From: Promethearchaeota archaeon
GTDB taxonomy: Archaea > Asgardarchaeota > Odinarchaeia > Odinarchaeales > JBHLKK01
Reading direction: 5' to 3'
Assembly: GCA_048939465.1 (NCBI GenBank)
Contig: JBHLPL010000017.1
Location: 1-24,765, forward strand
Length of the DNA stretch: 24,765 nucleotides
A program made the position numbers and the translations under genes. Below, piece after piece: positions 24,553 through 24,765 of the stretch (position 1 is its first letter; each line of letters starts with the position of its first letter). The notes beneath the pieces were generated by a model that did not search any database, was not told the origin of the DNA, and saw nothing but the letters and a program-made list of their open reading frames with translations.

Positions 24553-24765
24553 TTACTCTGGGTTGTCTTTAATCACTCTTCCTGCTTCATTCCCCGATAA
24601 CATCTGCTCTAGTTTAATAAGCTTTATCAAATAGACACGATATTCTTCTTCTAGTTCTTCCCTCATGCCTTCCCATTCTTGACGGATTAAAGAAACCTCT
24701 TTCCTGAAATCCTCTCTAATCGTTAGATCTAGCATTGTTTTTAGATAAAACTGGTGCTTCAGTTT
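24553..24765 (-). CDS. C-terminal part of a hypothetical helical protein entering from the right edge
   Basis: The frame of the 60-aa ORF stays open to the window end (KLKHQFYLKT-MLDL...), so the true start probably lies outside. Confidence 0.55.
   Translation of the reverse strand, partial: KLKHQFYLKTMLDLTIREDFRKEVSLIRQEWEGMREELEEEYRVYLIKLIKLEQMLSGNEAGRVIKDNPE

Noticed and set aside
1-24765. tRNA, rRNA, integrase or transposase genes
   Set aside because: No cloverleaf with T-loop/D-loop consensus, rRNA-like segment, HUH (TnpA), RuvC (TnpB) or recombinase ORF was recognised.

Overview
Archaeal chromosomal segment, mostly housekeeping genes. GGTGA/GGAGG Shine-Dalgarno motifs, TATA-type promoters, an HMf-type histone, Hjc, TrmB and TrmI are all present. 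An Asgard or other TACK-related lineage is plausible but cannot be proven from this window. About 24 CDSs: ArsR-type regulator, NDP-sugar synthase, a split MgtE-type pair, trmI, AmmeMemoRadiSam radical SAM, B3/4 protein, GIFT/DUF4350-coiled-coil protein, pyrF, EamA, RHH, TrmB, VIT1, a solitary N6-adenine DNA methyltransferase, hjc, M50 protease, class I aminotransferase, histone, a Grs/Gms-like B12 radical SAM and a polyprenol/dolichol-kinase-like protein. The main feature the genes do not explain is non-coding: a family of ~30-50 nt hairpin repeats (about 6 copies at 1999, 2084, 2337, 7624, 14124 and 17237). All fold best on the minus strand; five have GNRA loops and show compensatory base changes (the 14124 copy is decayed), and most end in YAGTTCAC-like termini resembling IS200/IS605 right ends (TnpB omegaRNA 3' ends). 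No tnpA or tnpB is in the window. One copy terminates a ~234-nt structured RNA candidate with its own TATA box (7857-7624), and three copies cluster in an array-like block (1999-2387). Also notable: a structured ~100-nt leader ahead of the MgtE pair, a possible lipid-modification pair (Grs-like radical SAM plus kinase), and a histone lacking the conserved L1-loop glycine. All calls are by eye, without database searches.
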